Shown here piece by piece: positions 25,514-36,050 of a stretch of DNA of 43,980 nt. Position 1 is the first letter of the stretch, and every line of letters starts with the position of its first letter. A program made the translations under genes and the position numbers. The notes below the pieces were generated by a model. That model saw nothing but the letters and a program-made list of their open reading frames with translations. It was not told the origin of the DNA and made no database searches. Location: positions 1 to 43,980 of IMG/VR virus record IMGVR_UViG_3300020043_002247; one strand, given 5' to 3'. The stretch comes from a virus (taxonomy: Duplodnaviria > Caudoviricetes).

Positions 25514-25543
25514 AAAAACCCCCAAGTGGTCAGACTTGGGGGG
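25512..25543 (-). terminator. Intrinsic terminator between convergent operons
   Basis: CCCCCAAGT-6 nt-ACTTGGGGG stem with A7 on left (U-tract on minus strand). Confidence 0.8.
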
Positions 25544-25570
25544 AGTCACTCGGCCACGGAGCGATAAACT

Positions 25571-27052
25571 TTATTGACCTCTACCAGCGTTTTTCTTTTC
25601 TTCTTCTTCACGCTCTCTCAATTTCCTCTTGAGATAATCGTAAGCAGCTTTACCACCCTCAATACCCATTAGTCCTAATCCACCAGCCGTACCTAAGCCC
25701 TTAACAGCAGCTAATGGGCCAACCGGAGGAACCATAGACATAGCACCAAATGCAGCCTCTAACGTAGGCATAACAGCACCAGAGTAATCCCCAGCGCGAT
25801 AGCGCTTGATAGCTTCATCAACTGACATAGCCGTACCCACACCCGCCAAACCGCCTAGCAATGGCCCTAGAAGCTTCCTAGAGGCTACGTTACTACCAAT
25901 CTGGGATAACGCACCAACCTTTGATGCTTTAGCCCTCTCAGCAGCTTCTTGAGCAATCCTAGTCTTAGCCTCTTCCTCTGCAACTTTACGAGCTAAACGC
26001 TCGGCTTCTTTAGTCTGCGCACCTAATACTTGAGCACGTTGACCTGATTGTTGAGCTTGACCACGAACTGCAGCTTGCTGCTCCTGTAAGGCCATCTGTT
26101 GAGCTAATCTTTGTTCCTCTGCAGCTTGAGCAATTCGAGCCCGTTCAGCAGCTTGTTGTGATTGTTTCTGACTTAACTCTTGTTCTAATTTACCAGCCTC
26201 TTCAGGTGGCAACATTAATTGCCCACGACCTTCACCAGTTAATCGGTAATCACCAGCTCCTAATTCTCTAATCTTTTGCAGTTTAGCAATATCTTCATCA
26301 ATTAATCGTTGCGCACCACCAGGGCCGGTTTTACGCATAGTATCGACTTGCTCAACTAAAGATTCTGGCAATTCTTGGGTAGCCATAGCTCTAGCCCAAT
26401 TTTGAGCACCAGAAGCGCCAGGAACCGTACGGCTAGGTGCAACACTTTGAGCAGCCGAAGTCGCGGGTGTAGCTTGCATCGCACGACCCTCTTGTTGTAA
26501 TTGAACCAGATTTTGACGAGCAGCCTCAACCTCAGCCCTAGCGTTATTAAACGCATTACGTAAGTCTTCAACAGAACCCATTTGCCCAGCAGGGCCTGAT
26601 GCCATAGCTCTCTGTGCTTCACGTAAACGATCTTGTGCTATAGCAAATCGTTCTGCAGCACGAGATGCTTCAGCCGCAGATGTTCCAGTGGGCTTAGGCA
26701 AAAATGTCTCGGCAACTCCTTTAGCCGCACCAGCACCACCTACAAGCGCAGCAGTGTCGCTAATAGCTGGAATCTCTGAAGGCGCTCCACCTTGGGTTTG
26801 GTCTTGTGCAATTTGTTCTGCTTGGGTTTGTTCTGTGCGCATTTGCTCTGCCTGAGTTCTCTCAGGCTTGGGAGCTTCACCCTCCATTAAACCAAGGCTC
26901 TGCAGAATAGCCATCTGCTGCTCATTACTAGCCTCACGAAAGTCAGGTCGTGTAGCAATCAGATTTTGAAATACCAGCTCTTTGTCTCTAAGGCTGGCAT
27001 TTTTATAATCAGGATCGTTAATGATGCCTTCGTAAAATTTATCTAATGCCAT
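25571..27052 (-). CDS. Putative internal virion / DNA ejection protein
   Basis: 493 aa, Ala/Gln coiled coil, hydrophobic Gly-rich C-terminus; last gene of virion operon. Confidence 0.6.
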   Translation of the reverse strand: MALDKFYEGIINDPDYKNASLRDKELVFQNLIATRPDFREASNEQQMAILQSLGLMEGEAPKPERTQAEQMRTEQTQAEQIAQDQTQGGAPSEIPAISDTAALVGGAGAAKGVAETFLPKPTGTSAAEASRAAERFAIAQDRLREAQRAMASGPAGQMGSVEDLRNAFNNARAEVEAARQNLVQLQQEGRAMQATPATSAAQSVAPSRTVPGASGAQNWARAMATQELPESLVEQVDTMRKTGPGGAQRLIDEDIAKLQKIRELGAGDYRLTGEGRGQLMLPPEEAGKLEQELSQKQSQQAAERARIAQAAEEQRLAQQMALQEQQAAVRGQAQQSGQRAQVLGAQTKEAERLARKVAEEEAKTRIAQEAAERAKASKVGALSQIGSNVASRKLLGPLLGGLAGVGTAMSVDEAIKRYRAGDYSGAVMPTLEAAFGAMSMVPPVGPLAAVKGLGTAGGLGLMGIEGGKAAYDYLKRKLREREEEEKKNAGRGQ

Positions 27053-28713
27053 TATTGGTTACCATGCCTTCTTCTTAGTGCATCTAAGAGATTGCGACCA
27101 GACGGGCCAGAACTAGGTTCAGTTCCAGGGGCAGATTGCTGAGTAGGCGGCTGTGCAGATTGTGTTTGACGACCTCTACCAGAAAATAACTCTACGTTCT
27201 GATCTCGAATTTCTTTCAAAGTCTTTCGATAATTAGACACCTCAGATTTGTACGCATCAGACGTCATAAACTTCTGATAACTCTTTCCTGTGGTTTCTTG
27301 AAAATCAATCCACTTCTCATAAAGCTTTTCATCAAAGTCAGAGCGTTTCTTCAATAACTCACTCTTTAAACGTATAACCGTAGGGCTATCGTTCATCTGA
27401 GGCGCTAAAGACGCAAACATCTTTGTCTCTAAGTCAGACATCGCGCCTTCGCCAGCTATACGCTCCATACGACGGAATTGAACCTGCAAACGCATAGACG
27501 CTTGAGCTGCCATCTGTAAGGCATTTAACTCATCTTTAGACAAGTTATAGGTAGCTAACGTAGAAGCAGGCAAACTGATTGAGAAGTTACCCGTTCTAAT
27601 ACCTTCTTCAGCAGCACGAGAAACAGCGCCAGCAATACCAGGCTGCTGTAACAAGCCAAAGATTCTAGGGTTAGTCGTAGCGTAAGCAATCAAATCATCT
27701 GCAGCCTCACGATTAGGCATTGCAGACTCAGCTCGATTAGCAAGGCTTGTAGCCTTCTCAGCACCAGCCTTACCAGTTTCTTTAGCTCCAGCAATTCGCT
27801 CTTCTTCCTCAACCTTCTTTTGAGTTGGCGTGCGTAATCCCTCACCCATAGTCTCAGCAGTTACAGCAGGACGAGCACCACCACGTACATCTTCAGGGAA
27901 GTTCTTACGGAAGAAGTTCATCATTCCTTCAGAATCACCCTTTTCCTTCATGGCATCAAACTCTAGTTGAGCCTTCAAAGGAACTTTCTTCGTGCCGATG
28001 TAAGGGAAGTCATAATCAGAAACAGAATTTAACTGTGCATCTGTGTAAGCAAACTTATTAGTAGCTTTGTTGTATGTTCCCTTCTCGGTAACAACAATAT
28101 TGTCTGCTTGCAACTTAGCAATCTTCGCTAATCTGTCGCCAAGTTTACCGGACTCATCCAGCGCATAAGCTCTCGTTACTTCTTGCGGAGTAATAATTTT
28201 CTCGTAAGGTGCAGCACCCGCTGTTGGTACAGGAGTAGTAGGAGCAGGAGTAGTAGGCGCAGTAGGAGCACCAGTAGGAATCATCTCCCCACCCTCACCA
28301 CCCTCACCAACCTTAACCAGGGTCGTAGGTTTAGCAGTAGGCTCACCGCCAGATAACCCCATCATATAGTTCTGCATGGCTGCGTTCTTACGCATCTCAT
28401 ACATCTTCTGTTCAATCTCTAACTGGAGCTTCTGATTAGCCTGCTGACGAGCTAATTCTTTATCAGCCTCTTCCATGTAGCCAGAAGTGGCATATCCTAA
28501 AGACTCACCAAATGAACCTGTTTTCGTAGGTGCAAGAAAGCCCGACGCCATCTTCATTAACGCAGGATCAAAAGGTAACTGCGTCCTAGCAGATAACGCA
28601 GCCTTCATCTTTTCGTATTGCTGATTTAATGCTTGCCGACCAGACTGCAATTCCTGCATGGTTTTATCCATGTAAGACGACTCAGCATTAGCACCCAACT
28701 CTTCATCATCCAT
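27052..28713 (-). CDS. Putative internal virion / DNA ejection protein
   Basis: 553 aa; GFLAPTKTGSFGESLG, GEGAMSDLE; helical. Confidence 0.65.
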   Translation of the reverse strand: MDDEELGANAESSYMDKTMQELQSGRQALNQQYEKMKAALSARTQLPFDPALMKMASGFLAPTKTGSFGESLGYATSGYMEEADKELARQQANQKLQLEIEQKMYEMRKNAAMQNYMMGLSGGEPTAKPTTLVKVGEGGEGGEMIPTGAPTAPTTPAPTTPVPTAGAAPYEKIITPQEVTRAYALDESGKLGDRLAKIAKLQADNIVVTEKGTYNKATNKFAYTDAQLNSVSDYDFPYIGTKKVPLKAQLEFDAMKEKGDSEGMMNFFRKNFPEDVRGGARPAVTAETMGEGLRTPTQKKVEEEERIAGAKETGKAGAEKATSLANRAESAMPNREAADDLIAYATTNPRIFGLLQQPGIAGAVSRAAEEGIRTGNFSISLPASTLATYNLSKDELNALQMAAQASMRLQVQFRRMERIAGEGAMSDLETKMFASLAPQMNDSPTVIRLKSELLKKRSDFDEKLYEKWIDFQETTGKSYQKFMTSDAYKSEVSNYRKTLKEIRDQNVELFSGRGRQTQSAQPPTQQSAPGTEPSSGPSGRNLLDALRRRHGNQ

Positions 28714-28716
28714 GTT

Positions 28717-29955
28717 TTACCCCAGCAAATATCCGTCAGCGTCGTAAAAATTACCTTTTTTGTCTCTGTATGCAGCACCTGCTGGCTGTTTAGATATAGC
28801 ACCACCATCTTTTTTCGGCGCACCACTCAAATTAACGCCGCCAGGATTACTAAATGCAGCAAGCGTTGCAAGCAATCCACTAATCTGAGACATCGGACTC
28901 AATCCATAAGCTCCTGCCTGTGGGCCAGTTGTCTCTTGTATGTCACCCGTAGGAATTTGATACCCCTGCATTAACTTGGCAAAGTTACTAGTCTGCTGCA
29001 TTGGATAATCTAATACCTTTTGACCTTGAGTTTGCTCTTGAGCACCTAAGTTAAATAAAGACTCAAGACCTTTTAATCCAAGTTGCTGTTGCTCACCACC
29101 TAATTGACCCAACGCCTGACCTGACTGCAACATCCTAGTCAAATCACCTTGAGCCATTTGACCAGCCTGTGTATAGCCACTCTGTAGCGCACCATACTGC
29201 CTTCCTAATAGGTCAGCTTGGATGTCACGCATAGTCTGCCCAGTAATCTGTTGCTGACGTCGTGATCCAAAACCACCAGTAGCAGCAGCACCAGCACCTA
29301 AAGCCGGTAATACATTCTGTTCTACATTTCTCTGTGTAAGACGACCCATCTCATCAACAACTGATGACGTATATGGGTTCATATACTGACCAATTAATGC
29401 AGTCGTAGGCGTAGTTCCAGCAGCACCAGCTAACTCAGCACCCTGACCTAAAGTATTAGCACCAGAAAATGCAATATTAGGAGCCATGCCTAACGCCTGT
29501 AATTGCAAAGGCGACATACCAGCAATACCACCTTGCTTAACCGCAGACTGACCTAAGTTAGCTATATCCTGTAGATAGTCTGTATAGAACTGAGGTGCAG
29601 TTGCTTGACGCTGTACTGTAGTAGTAACAGAAGGTAAAGCAGCACCTTGAAATAGGTCTGTCCCAGTAGACGCAGAAGAATCCACACTTTTTGGTATTGC
29701 ATCAACTTTTTTAGTTGAATCAATTACGCTATTTACATCAACTTTTGGCACAACATCTACATTGGTTTTTGCATCATTTGCAACATTTTGCAAGGCACCT
29801 ACATTTGATGCACTTGCATCTGTTTTTACCGCAGAAGGGGTCGTCTTAACAGCACCACTCTTTATAGCTGCAAGCAATTGTCCAGGAGTCCCAAAAGCAT
29901 TGGCTACATTTTCTGTTACATCCCCAAGAGGGGTTGTTACCATTTTACTAGCCAT
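28717..29955 (-). CDS. Putative DNA ejection (pilot-like) protein
   Basis: 412 aa; Q/G/A-rich, YMNPYT, GGFGSRRQ. Confidence 0.65.
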   Translation of the reverse strand: MASKMVTTPLGDVTENVANAFGTPGQLLAAIKSGAVKTTPSAVKTDASASNVGALQNVANDAKTNVDVVPKVDVNSVIDSTKKVDAIPKSVDSSASTGTDLFQGAALPSVTTTVQRQATAPQFYTDYLQDIANLGQSAVKQGGIAGMSPLQLQALGMAPNIAFSGANTLGQGAELAGAAGTTPTTALIGQYMNPYTSSVVDEMGRLTQRNVEQNVLPALGAGAAATGGFGSRRQQQITGQTMRDIQADLLGRQYGALQSGYTQAGQMAQGDLTRMLQSGQALGQLGGEQQQLGLKGLESLFNLGAQEQTQGQKVLDYPMQQTSNFAKLMQGYQIPTGDIQETTGPQAGAYGLSPMSQISGLLATLAAFSNPGGVNLSGAPKKDGGAISKQPAGAAYRDKKGNFYDADGYLLG

Positions 29956-31985
29956 TATTTTCTCCCTGCCATAGCAAGATACTGCATAGGAGATTTAGAA
30001 GGAGGGGGAATGTTGTTGTTCTTTGCTGAACGCTTATGATCCCTTATCTCTTCACGAAATCTATCCAGTAAGTCAGAACCCGCTTTAGTTGATCCATTTC
30101 CCAATTGAGCTACAGTCTCAGCATCAATCACATACTCACCATCTGCTAACCATGCAGGTATATCGTCAGATTGACCATCACCCTCACCAGTTACACGAGA
30201 ACCTTTACGATAGTCATAACGCTCACCAACAACCGGCACACTAGCCTTCTCATCAGTCCTACCGCCATCACGCATCATTTGCAACTTCTCTAACGGATCA
30301 ACTGCTTTGCCGTAAGTGTAGTAACTCGTGTCTACACTACCGCCATTAGCGTAAGGCGAGTCGTACCCTAACGGAGATTTAGGAAACGTTAAAGGAGTTT
30401 GTTCAGCCACAGATTCTTTTGTAGAAAAAGGCTTGTAAATATCTAATGCTGATTTTCTTATGGGAGACGGTGCGCTTAATGCTAATGGAGAAGCTGATGT
30501 ATCAGTTTCATAAGCAGGAGCACCAAGACTAGCGTAGAGATTGGTATCTTCATAAATGTCAGACACATCAGGACGGGCTTCATAATCTTTGTACGAAATA
30601 TATCGCGGAGCACCAACACCAAAACTTGTTGTTCTAGCTGGCACACCTATATTAGCCCAATCAAAGCCCTCATTAACTGCTGATGTTCCACCAGACTTAC
30701 CAACTAAAGAAGATAAGAGAGCACCTAGAATTGCACCTGTAGCACCCTTAGTACTAAATAGATCAGATACAAGGTCGCCCCCACCTGAAATAATGCTACT
30801 TAACCAATCTGGGGTGCTAAAACTAGATGATTTATTTGTTGTGGCTGCGTCGGAAACAAGCGGAGCAGCATCATCACCGTATGACATGCCAACATCTACG
30901 CCACTTCCATCTGCAAATCGTGGATACCCACCCTTGCTCATCATTGGAGTTGCCATGCCACCGTCCTTATATCCGTAACTTCCAATATCTCTCAAATCAT
31001 AATTTTCGCCGTAAGAACCGCCGATGTCATAATTACCAAAATCAAAGTTACTGTAATTAAAGTTATCGGTATCAAACAGAGATGTATCAAAATATAAATC
31101 CCCATTAGGGGCTTCGTAATATCCTTGACCAACTGTAGACCATCCATAAAAATCATAATCAGGAGTAATGTCTATGTAATCACCAAGATTAAGCTCACCA
31201 ATATCTTGATCAAGATTAAGCTGACCAACGTCTAAATCAGTAATATTTTCTGGAATTGAACTTAATAATTCATCATCTCCCACTACATTACCTGGGAAAA
31301 TGTTCATTCCCTGTTGACCAGTAAATAGTTCTTGGGAATAAATTGATCCACCAGGAACACCGCCAACAGTTGCACCGCCAGTATCTGCGCCAATATCATC
31401 ACGAATATCAAAACCTGATGCCCCTGTACTCACATTAGATGGGCCAAGTATTGCAGCAAGAATGTCATCTCTCGTCGTATCTAAATCAACAGCACCAGCA
31501 GATAATGGCCCAGTAGAGACATCGTTACCTAATCCCTCTAAACCCTCAATAGTTACGTCAACATCTTCCGTGTAAGGAAATGTTGTAGAAATATCCTCAC
31601 CTTCAATTAATGGCCCTGAAGGAAGCATATCGCCAGTAGCAATATCAGTAATTGGCTTCTTAGGGCCGGTCTTGTCACCGCCGCCGCCGCCTCCACCACC
31701 TCCACCGCCTCCACCGACTTTCCCAGTGCCAGTTTTACTACCACCAGCACCAGCAGTTTTCCGGTACATCATCTCGCCAGCAGCACCCAAAAGAGCACCA
31801 GCAATAGCATTCATAATAGGATCAGATGATCTGGTTCCCATTATTGGAGAAGGCATAGCCGCCGTTCCCGTACCAGGTTGAGTGAATACAGATGCAGGAA
31901 CCTGACTTAACATGGCAGGAGTTGCTGACTTGTTGCGGTACTCTTCCGCTAGGGCTTGCGCCATACTTCTTGGTGAAGTAGCCAT
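29955..31985 (-). CDS. Putative internal virion protein with C-terminal GDGQSDDIPAxLxDGEYV domain
   Basis: 676 aa; poly-Gly, acidic low-complexity centre, several xxGG motifs. Confidence 0.65.
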   Translation of the reverse strand: MATSPRSMAQALAEEYRNKSATPAMLSQVPASVFTQPGTGTAAMPSPIMGTRSSDPIMNAIAGALLGAAGEMMYRKTAGAGGSKTGTGKVGGGGGGGGGGGGGDKTGPKKPITDIATGDMLPSGPLIEGEDISTTFPYTEDVDVTIEGLEGLGNDVSTGPLSAGAVDLDTTRDDILAAILGPSNVSTGASGFDIRDDIGADTGGATVGGVPGGSIYSQELFTGQQGMNIFPGNVVGDDELLSSIPENITDLDVGQLNLDQDIGELNLGDYIDITPDYDFYGWSTVGQGYYEAPNGDLYFDTSLFDTDNFNYSNFDFGNYDIGGSYGENYDLRDIGSYGYKDGGMATPMMSKGGYPRFADGSGVDVGMSYGDDAAPLVSDAATTNKSSSFSTPDWLSSIISGGGDLVSDLFSTKGATGAILGALLSSLVGKSGGTSAVNEGFDWANIGVPARTTSFGVGAPRYISYKDYEARPDVSDIYEDTNLYASLGAPAYETDTSASPLALSAPSPIRKSALDIYKPFSTKESVAEQTPLTFPKSPLGYDSPYANGGSVDTSYYTYGKAVDPLEKLQMMRDGGRTDEKASVPVVGERYDYRKGSRVTGEGDGQSDDIPAWLADGEYVIDAETVAQLGNGSTKAGSDLLDRFREEIRDHKRSAKNNNIPPPSKSPMQYLAMAGRK

Positions 31986-31989
31986 TTGT

Positions 31990-33717
31990 TTACCTTGAAT
32001 ATTTTGCTAATGCGCCACTGTTTAATGGGATCAATTTTGAAACATCTACCCTAATCCTGCCACCGTTCTTCACAACTATTGCTTGATTAGTAGCTGCCGT
32101 AGTTATTGGCTGCACAGTTGTTGGTTGTGCAGATGCAGAACTTACTTTTTGTAATACAGCACCAGGAGCAAAACTACCTTGAAATTTAGACATAGTCGGA
32201 GTACCACCAGACAATTTTTGTTTAAGCAAAGCTTTACCAGTTTCTTTTAAGAAAGCTATATGTTTTGGATCATCAATATATGACTGAACTTCTGGCCCCG
32301 CACCTGCTGCTGCTGCTGCAGTTTTAACCCCAGTAGATACAGAAGGCTGAATGTTTGTATTATAGTAATCTCGAGCGACGCCAGAAGCATAATCACCAGC
32401 CAAGTTTATTGCTGTACCTTTAGCAATATCCTCTAAACTTCCACCAGATAAAGCGCCGCCAGTAACGTTACCAGCAACATTGCCATAAGTCTTACTGCCC
32501 GTTGCCTGACCAACATTTGACGCTACATTTGCAGCAAGTCCACCAACTACGCCTGATTTCAATGCAGATTCTAAATCTTGACCTGATAATCCACCAGTTA
32601 CAGCTTGCGATACACCAGGAACAACACCAGGAATCTTGGCTAAATTAGTGCCAAAAGTGCTCATCGCAACATCGCTACCCAAACCTTTACTGACAATTTG
32701 TGGAATAAACTTTGCCCCAGCGTAACTTATTGCGCCAGACTTTAAAATATCCCCTATATCACCGCCATAAGTAGCTGTATTAAGTGAGTTCAATCCAGCA
32801 GCAACCCAAGGGCCACCATAAATACTGCCAGCAATCTGAGCCATTGGCCCAAGAACATCACCCAAACCTAAAAATCCACCCTGACCAAACAATCCACCAT
32901 CATCTTCAGGCTCAGGCAAATTTACATATTGAGAACCAACATTTGCAAATGTCCCATCTTCATTTTTCTTAAAATAATGAAAACGAGAGTCCTCTTGATG
33001 TGGAACCTTGTAATAAAATAAATCTGGATTGCTCTTGTCTTGCTTTAATTTACCCTCTGGCTTACCAGTAATTTCTGCTGGAGTAAGGTTTTTATTCGTA
33101 TATTGTTGCTGCCGATTTAAAAATGCTGCAGTACTTTGCTTTGTTTCACCCTCTTTTATGTTTCTTTTTTCATTAAAAAGGCCAGTATTTGGATCACGGT
33201 AATCTAACTGATTCATCATCGCTTTTAACGACAAACCACTCTCTAAATCACCTTGCTTGGCATACATAGGGACACCAAGATCAGAAAAACTTTTTAATGC
33301 GCTATTAAAATCTAATCCAACACTCTTTAATAAATCTGGATTGTTTGCGTAAGTAGAAGCTGATGATAAAACTGGGCCTATCTCACCATTATCACCTTTG
33401 TAACCAATAAAACCAGTGCCTACTTCATTACGTAAAGTATTCGCCTTGTCTGAATATTCCAGCTTATTAGCTTTACCTTCAGCACCAAGCGCTGCCTTAA
33501 TCTCTTTATTTGTTATTCCAAGGGCTTTTAAGTTTTTCTCTAAAGAATAAAGTTCAGCAGCTTGAGCATCTTTTAACTGTGCTAACTGGGTATTCTCAGC
33601 CCGTCTTTCTTGCAAAAAGGTATTCTGTAAAGCTTTCAGCGTAGCTTTATCCGCGCCCTCAGACTTTACGCGGCTGTATTCAGCTTTTTGTGCCTTAGTC
33701 GCATTCTTCATGCTCAT
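31990..33717 (-). CDS. Putative internal virion protein
   Basis: 575 aa; glycine-zipper repeats GGDIGDILKSGA, GQDLESALKSGV, GGSLEDIAKGTA. Confidence 0.6.
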   Translation of the reverse strand: MSMKNATKAQKAEYSRVKSEGADKATLKALQNTFLQERRAENTQLAQLKDAQAAELYSLEKNLKALGITNKEIKAALGAEGKANKLEYSDKANTLRNEVGTGFIGYKGDNGEIGPVLSSASTYANNPDLLKSVGLDFNSALKSFSDLGVPMYAKQGDLESGLSLKAMMNQLDYRDPNTGLFNEKRNIKEGETKQSTAAFLNRQQQYTNKNLTPAEITGKPEGKLKQDKSNPDLFYYKVPHQEDSRFHYFKKNEDGTFANVGSQYVNLPEPEDDGGLFGQGGFLGLGDVLGPMAQIAGSIYGGPWVAAGLNSLNTATYGGDIGDILKSGAISYAGAKFIPQIVSKGLGSDVAMSTFGTNLAKIPGVVPGVSQAVTGGLSGQDLESALKSGVVGGLAANVASNVGQATGSKTYGNVAGNVTGGALSGGSLEDIAKGTAINLAGDYASGVARDYYNTNIQPSVSTGVKTAAAAAGAGPEVQSYIDDPKHIAFLKETGKALLKQKLSGGTPTMSKFQGSFAPGAVLQKVSSASAQPTTVQPITTAATNQAIVVKNGGRIRVDVSKLIPLNSGALAKYSR

Positions 33718-33720
33718 AAC

Positions 33721-33969
33721 TTATCCCTGCGGTGTATTAACTGCGTTGACGACTTCTTGCGCCCAATCTTGCCAATTATTAAAAACATCTGGCTGTGGGA
33801 TCGCTTCGTTCATAAATACATCAATCGCTTTCATGCCCTGCGCCCATTCTTTCCAATTCGTATTAGCATCAGGAATCATCAATTGATTAGCGGCATACGC
33901 CTCACACATCAAACATCCCCAAGACTCAAACGTATGATACCGAGGGTCATAAACTACTGGGATACCCAT
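33721..33969 (-). CDS. Small tail-module protein
   Basis: 82 aa; NWKEWA..NWQDWA; coupled to upstream gene. Confidence 0.7.
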   Translation of the reverse strand: MGIPVVYDPRYHTFESWGCLMCEAYAANQLMIPDANTNWKEWAQGMKAIDVFMNEAIPQPDVFNNWQDWAQEVVNAVNTPQG

Positions 33970-36050
33970 TAATAACCCCTTATATCGCCAGCATTGGCAT
34001 TAACCAATACCCTACCCATCTGATAGTCCCCATTCTGAACATTGCTGCCAAACCGTAATCTTCCTAATCGACGTTGCTCACGCATATCAATTTTGCCAGT
34101 TGTTGGCTCGAAAACATAATGGTCAGATACTTGGTCTTCTTCTTGTGCATAAGGACGACCAATGACTTGGCAATACATCTCTCCAGACTGCACAAAATCG
34201 GGCTCAATACGCTCAATATGCAGCCAGAAGTTATCTCCAATTGGCCCAGTTTGAGAAGGGCCACCACCTACCCAGCCAAGATCAGATGTCTCAAAATAGC
34301 TATTAATTGCCACCTCTTCAGCACCATTTACCTCGTTAACGCCAATCTCATGCTGCCAAAGCGTAGTTAATCCCGCTTGGGTCTTAAACGTAGCAATCTC
34401 AGTAGCGGTAGCCGTAGCGTTAGCAGAAAGGGTAACTGTGATGTTCCCTGGGGTGGCACTAGGTGCTATAGCAATTACTGTCGACCCAGGAGGCACACTT
34501 GCAGAATCAACCACCTGACCAACCGCAATTAAGTTAGTACCCACCATCTCTATGTCAGCATTACCATTAGTTGTGTCAATTGACGACGAGAAGATGGACT
34601 CTTCTACACTCAACTCAGTCCCAGAATTAATAGGAAACCTGAAAACCTGAGAGAAGTATCCAGCCGATCTACGAGCACCTAAAGCCTGTCCAGCGTCGTA
34701 CCAAGTGTTTTCACGTATGTTGTAAACAATCGCGTCTGTACACTCTGTAGCCTGCCCACGAGGATAAAACCACCAAATCTCGCCATATCGTGGCACTTTG
34801 GTGGCATACACCTTCTCACGAGCTGCATAGTTCAGATTGTCAAAGAAATAGTTCTGGTTCATGTTATTGGGAACTTCTTTGACAACACCGTTGTATAACA
34901 AGAACCGATCTACCCCAATCCAGAAATACAAGCCGTCATACTCAATGACACACTGAGAAGACAAAATAGATGTCTGGCTGGAAATAATGTCGTACTTCCA
35001 ATAAATCGTAGCGCCAAAATCTGCCGTACCAGGAGACCCTAAAGTTTGAGGTGCTAACGACACCCTAACTAGTGAATCTAACGCCCAGAATAGCCCCGCA
35101 GGCGAGTTAGAACCACCACGGATAGGCAATCCCTTTACTATCTTCGTAGCAGCTACATTCGTCTCGTTAGAATCTGCACTGTTCCAATCAAATGGATTAC
35201 CAGCAGAGCAATTCTTAATTAATCCGTTATCACCATAAACAAAGACGTAAGGGTGCAATACCACTACCCCGCCAGATACAGATACAACATCCCCAGTAGG
35301 ACTAGGCCCACTAGTATCTGTAAGAGGAGTAGTAACACCAGAAGCCGCACCAGCTAAAACAGCCGTGTTTGTCGTGCTATCTATCTGTTGTAAGTTCTGA
35401 CCTGGGTGAGCTAATAACAACGATGCCCCACCTTGAGAGTCAAACATCGTGTCAAACTGCCATAGGTTTAAGTCGCTCGGCGTGAACTCGTCTTGGACTG
35501 TAAGTATGTCGATTGAAAAGTTTGTTCCACTGCCACCACCCAAATCAGCACGAGCAGCGCTGAGAACGTCGCCAACCACATAATATTGACCTCCATTAAC
35601 AAGCGTTACAGTAGTAACAACTCCACTACCATTAACAACTATGTTGGCTGTGGCACTGAACCCTGAACCACCAGTTAATGAAACAGCCGTGTAAGTGCCT
35701 GCGCCATACCCGGTTCCACCGACAAGTGACGCGCCGTCCAAAGCAGTAATTTCGCCCCCAAATTCAAAGTCAGTAATACCAGCACCAATACCATTGTTAT
35801 CGACATTAAGGGTTTGAATGCCGTTTGAATGACCGTTGTAAATCTTATTGAGTCCATCTTCTGAGTTAACGTATAAACCGCGTGATATGCCCTTGAGGGA
35901 ATTTGTAATTGACCGATAGCCAAGCATCTTACGTGGACGACCACGCTGAAACCTTACCCACTGACCATCTGTGTAAAAGTTCTTATCAAAATACGTACCA
36001 TCCCGTTGTATACCAGGTTCCGTATCTAGTGAAAAAACCTTTTCGGTCAT
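33969..36050 (-). CDS. Tail nozzle / stabilisation protein (P22 gp10-like)
   Basis: 693 aa, beta-rich; PGIQRDGT, WVRFQRGRPRK, EIWWFYP; synteny. Confidence 0.65.
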   Translation of the reverse strand: MTEKVFSLDTEPGIQRDGTYFDKNFYTDGQWVRFQRGRPRKMLGYRSITNSLKGISRGLYVNSEDGLNKIYNGHSNGIQTLNVDNNGIGAGITDFEFGGEITALDGASLVGGTGYGAGTYTAVSLTGGSGFSATANIVVNGSGVVTTVTLVNGGQYYVVGDVLSAARADLGGGSGTNFSIDILTVQDEFTPSDLNLWQFDTMFDSQGGASLLLAHPGQNLQQIDSTTNTAVLAGAASGVTTPLTDTSGPSPTGDVVSVSGGVVVLHPYVFVYGDNGLIKNCSAGNPFDWNSADSNETNVAATKIVKGLPIRGGSNSPAGLFWALDSLVRVSLAPQTLGSPGTADFGATIYWKYDIISSQTSILSSQCVIEYDGLYFWIGVDRFLLYNGVVKEVPNNMNQNYFFDNLNYAAREKVYATKVPRYGEIWWFYPRGQATECTDAIVYNIRENTWYDAGQALGARRSAGYFSQVFRFPINSGTELSVEESIFSSSIDTTNGNADIEMVGTNLIAVGQVVDSASVPPGSTVIAIAPSATPGNITVTLSANATATATEIATFKTQAGLTTLWQHEIGVNEVNGAEEVAINSYFETSDLGWVGGGPSQTGPIGDNFWLHIERIEPDFVQSGEMYCQVIGRPYAQEEDQVSDHYVFEPTTGKIDMREQRRLGRLRFGSNVQNGDYQMGRVLVNANAGDIRGY

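Noticed and set aside
31675-31715. CCG/CCA-rich tract as G-quadruplex or regulatory repeat
   Set aside because: Explained by a poly-Gly linker with mixed codons
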